A stretch of 55,882 bases of DNA, from the IMG/VR virus record IMGVR_UViG_3300011443_000016, positions 1-55,882 of that record, one strand, 5' to 3'. The notes beneath the pieces are model-generated. The model was given only the letters and a program-made list of their open reading frames with translations, was not told where the DNA came from and searched no databases. This stretch comes from a virus (Duplodnaviria > Caudoviricetes). This document shows positions 54,601-55,882 of the stretch, piece after piece; position 1 is the stretch's first letter, and each line of letters begins with the position of its first letter. Made by a program: the position numbers and the translations under genes.

Positions 54601-54837
54601 GACGTGGGTGAACACGGACCGGAACGGATTTTTGCCTCGCAGCAGATTGGCATCCTGCCCACTGCACTGACGCAAGCGCTGGACGGCCTGGGCAGCATCC
54701 TGGCGCAACCGTCCCCGATGATGATCCCCGGTGGTGATACGTTCAATAACAGTTCGCAGAATTTTAACTTTAACGGCGTGCAATCCGACAACGATGCGCG
54801 CCGACGTTTTAACGCGCTTCGGGCGGGGATGCGCTAG
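51676..54837 (+). CDS. Tape measure protein
   Basis: 1053 aa, Ala/Gly-rich helical, amphipathic repeats, FSPPKKGPL, GEHGPE; GGAGG SD. Confidence 0.88.
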   Translation: MALPKIGLQAVLENSAGFNKAIDTMNKKIDETRKKTAEAAKGTSPLNQALDKVGVSLDGLKNKFSQMSGASGQLVNGLADIAMAFGPVGIAIAAATAGAIALGAAFLALGNRGAALVPLAESFDNLTAKVGISSQVLLKNLRAAANGTVSDFDLIRRANLALVGATGEFGKAFGRDLPKLLAAARSAAKATGQDVDFLFQSLVTGIKRGSPLLIDNTGIVLKLGAANEKLAKDLGKSVEQLTAEEKQMAVLNATVEAGAALTASLGDAQESNSEKLARSNAIITNTLDSLAIAVQPAFGVLLDLVNGVLANFQKLAVGLAPILGAVASIITEVFGGIFNTIMMVIQPIFDAVVSFLPYIAILFQGIASVVNGVVTVIQNVVGGVVNFLKDVGQKLFGLDISNLGKNLFEGAAAAFGSFANGILAVANQLIFPAVIGIAKFIADFLIGFSPPKKGPLSMIDKGGENVMKAWLDGIAGVSLDPVEQVASEVSLLLGDIGKASLPIVDARLKELDQALLPFQNRLDIVKSQFDAIAAPAQAALDAIDRQMQQAQDALASGDVNAANTIRQLDAAREAIQGQLDLQQGIVDRQQIQLGLATAAQSQERALLNIRKAQLAITSKAAGAAGTVAGGVAPKAPAGGGAAPITPPGSAAGGGFVPPESSVLDLIGGQGAIDEAIGGIQDAFAGQLDVGQLDLFATNSGALQEQFDRIGSVDIGAKFGEKFKGLTDLFDPNVENSPANVVSRFFSPDPSTPGSVASFINNLGNLDLKAVGESVGRALADVFVFFTGDGEGTLQGILAIVTGDASVEGSVANFFSLLPQRVADAASGLFDQLKTDVFDPVTLFLTGPDTDPNTLAGILNTAIIFFELLPSQIVAALQGIGASMYAAFAIPVINVINSVIEAAEGAVKSFLTGVSNFLLGIADGLGGIIDTTSIRNTANDIATKAGSVTFGRLSTALPAFLVPAAAEGGLFGPGAIDVGEHGPERIFASQQIGILPTALTQALDGLGSILAQPSPMMIPGGDTFNNSSQNFNFNGVQSDNDARRRFNALRAGMR

Positions 54838-54899
54838 TTTATACCTGCGCATTCTTAAAACCGCTAGAATCGCCGTATACGCAGGATTAGAGGTATTCT

Positions 54900-55882
54900 A
54901 TGCCGCTTCCAGATTATCAATTGACTGTCAGGAATCCGGCTGATGGCAGTGTGCGGATTGTGCTGGATGGTTCAGCCTTTGAAGATGTGAAATATTCCCG
55001 CGCGCTGAATGACGTTGGAATTTTTTCCATGACGCTGCCCAGCGATGCCGACTGGCCTGCCATCTTCAGCCTGGATGCGCTGATTGACATTGAGCGCACC
55101 TCGCCCCTAACCGGATTCTTGCAGACAGAAGATACCTACTTAGTCCGTCTGACGCATCGGTTTCGCAACGGCAATGAGGAACGCTTTGTGGTGGGTGGTT
55201 TGTCGCTGAATCATCTGTTGGGACGGCGCGTGGTTGATCCGAACGATGATCCCCTGGCAGCAGGTGGTTATTCGACCAAAGCCGGACCTGCTGACGACAT
55301 CCTGAGCGAATATGCCGATGAGCAGTGCGGTGCATCAGCCAGCGCTGCGCGGCAATTTCCCAATTTCAGTGTAACGCCGTCTGCCAGTGTGGGCGCGACG
55401 GCTGGGCGCAGGCTGCGTTATGACAATTTACTGGAAGTGTTTCAAGATGTGGTCAATCAATCGAATGTGGATTTTATTATCTTTCGCGTGACTGATAACA
55501 CGCTGCGCCTGACGGTTGCGCCCATCGGTACAGATCGCACCCGTACTCGCAATTATCCTGGTGCGCCCTTTGTCGAACTGAATCCCACACGCGGCAATCT
55601 GAGCGATCCGTCGCTGCTGTTTGACCGTAAGAAAGAACAAACTTATGTTTATGCGCTGGGGCAAGGACCGGGCGCGTCCCGAATTGTTTCTGAAGTGCAA
55701 GGGCTGGGCATTTACGACAGTCCTTATAACCGAATTGAATTCACCACCGACATTCGTTCAGCGGAACGCGGCGACAGCACCACCATTACGACACAGGCTT
55801 TTGCAGCCTTGTTCCGCGAACAGGCGCAGAAGGAATTCACGTTCAAGCCAACGGGCGCTGAACCGGGAAACATTTACCGACT
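54900..55882 (+). CDS. Minor tail/baseplate hub protein, ReqiPepy6 gp37-like (5' part; ends at 253)
   Basis: ATG at 54900 after GAGG; open to the end of the window; YSRALNDVG.F, LLGRRVV, VYALGQG.G..R. Confidence 0.75.
   Translation, partial: MPLPDYQLTVRNPADGSVRIVLDGSAFEDVKYSRALNDVGIFSMTLPSDADWPAIFSLDALIDIERTSPLTGFLQTEDTYLVRLTHRFRNGNEERFVVGGLSLNHLLGRRVVDPNDDPLAAGGYSTKAGPADDILSEYADEQCGASASAARQFPNFSVTPSASVGATAGRRLRYDNLLEVFQDVVNQSNVDFIIFRVTDNTLRLTVAPIGTDRTRTRNYPGAPFVELNPTRGNLSDPSLLFDRKKEQTYVYALGQGPGASRIVSEVQGLGIYDSPYNRIEFTTDIRSAERGDSTTITTQAFAALFREQAQKEFTFKPTGAEPGNIYR
55760..55882 (+). repeat. Terminal direct repeat, copy 2
   Basis: Identical to 1-123. Confidence 0.97.

Overview
This looks like a complete, circularly assembled genome of a long-tailed (siphovirus-type) dsDNA phage. 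Bases 1-123 are identical to 55760-55882, so the unit length is 55,759 bp, and one tail gene reads through the junction. Modules in order: tail tip and fibres (54900 to 5662), lysis/membrane cassette (5756-9618), a leftward early block (18738 to 9747), rightward recombination, replication and methylation genes (18831-33194), packaging and head (33258-42000), a methyltransferase/glycosyltransferase block inside the morphogenesis operon (42768-46869), then neck, tail tube, chaperone and tape measure (47723-54837). I saw no integrase, classical CI repressor, tRNA or CRISPR array. The host is not shown; protein style suggests Chloroflexota (Anaerolineae-like), which is inference only. Most notable observations: (1) a candidate ~70-nt small RNA with its own promoter and terminator (15398-15503) that is complementary to a TGAGGCTCA ribosome-binding motif shared by six early genes, four of which lie directly behind an identical 18-bp promoter box; (2) eight homing-endonuclease-like genes, three of which have visibly duplicated or replaced the terminus of the gene they invaded, and four of which share a promoter-hairpin-RBS-antisense -10 leader; (3) a three-way-junction leader RNA whose loop matches the SD; (4) a +1 UCC_UUU_CGC frameshift in the tail chaperone; (5) a C5 methyltransferase with its TRD/IX/X module duplicated at the N-terminus; (6) a ~1180-aa MTase-GT4-GT2-GT2 fusion near the capsid gene. 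All family assignments come from motif recognition by eye; no searches were run.
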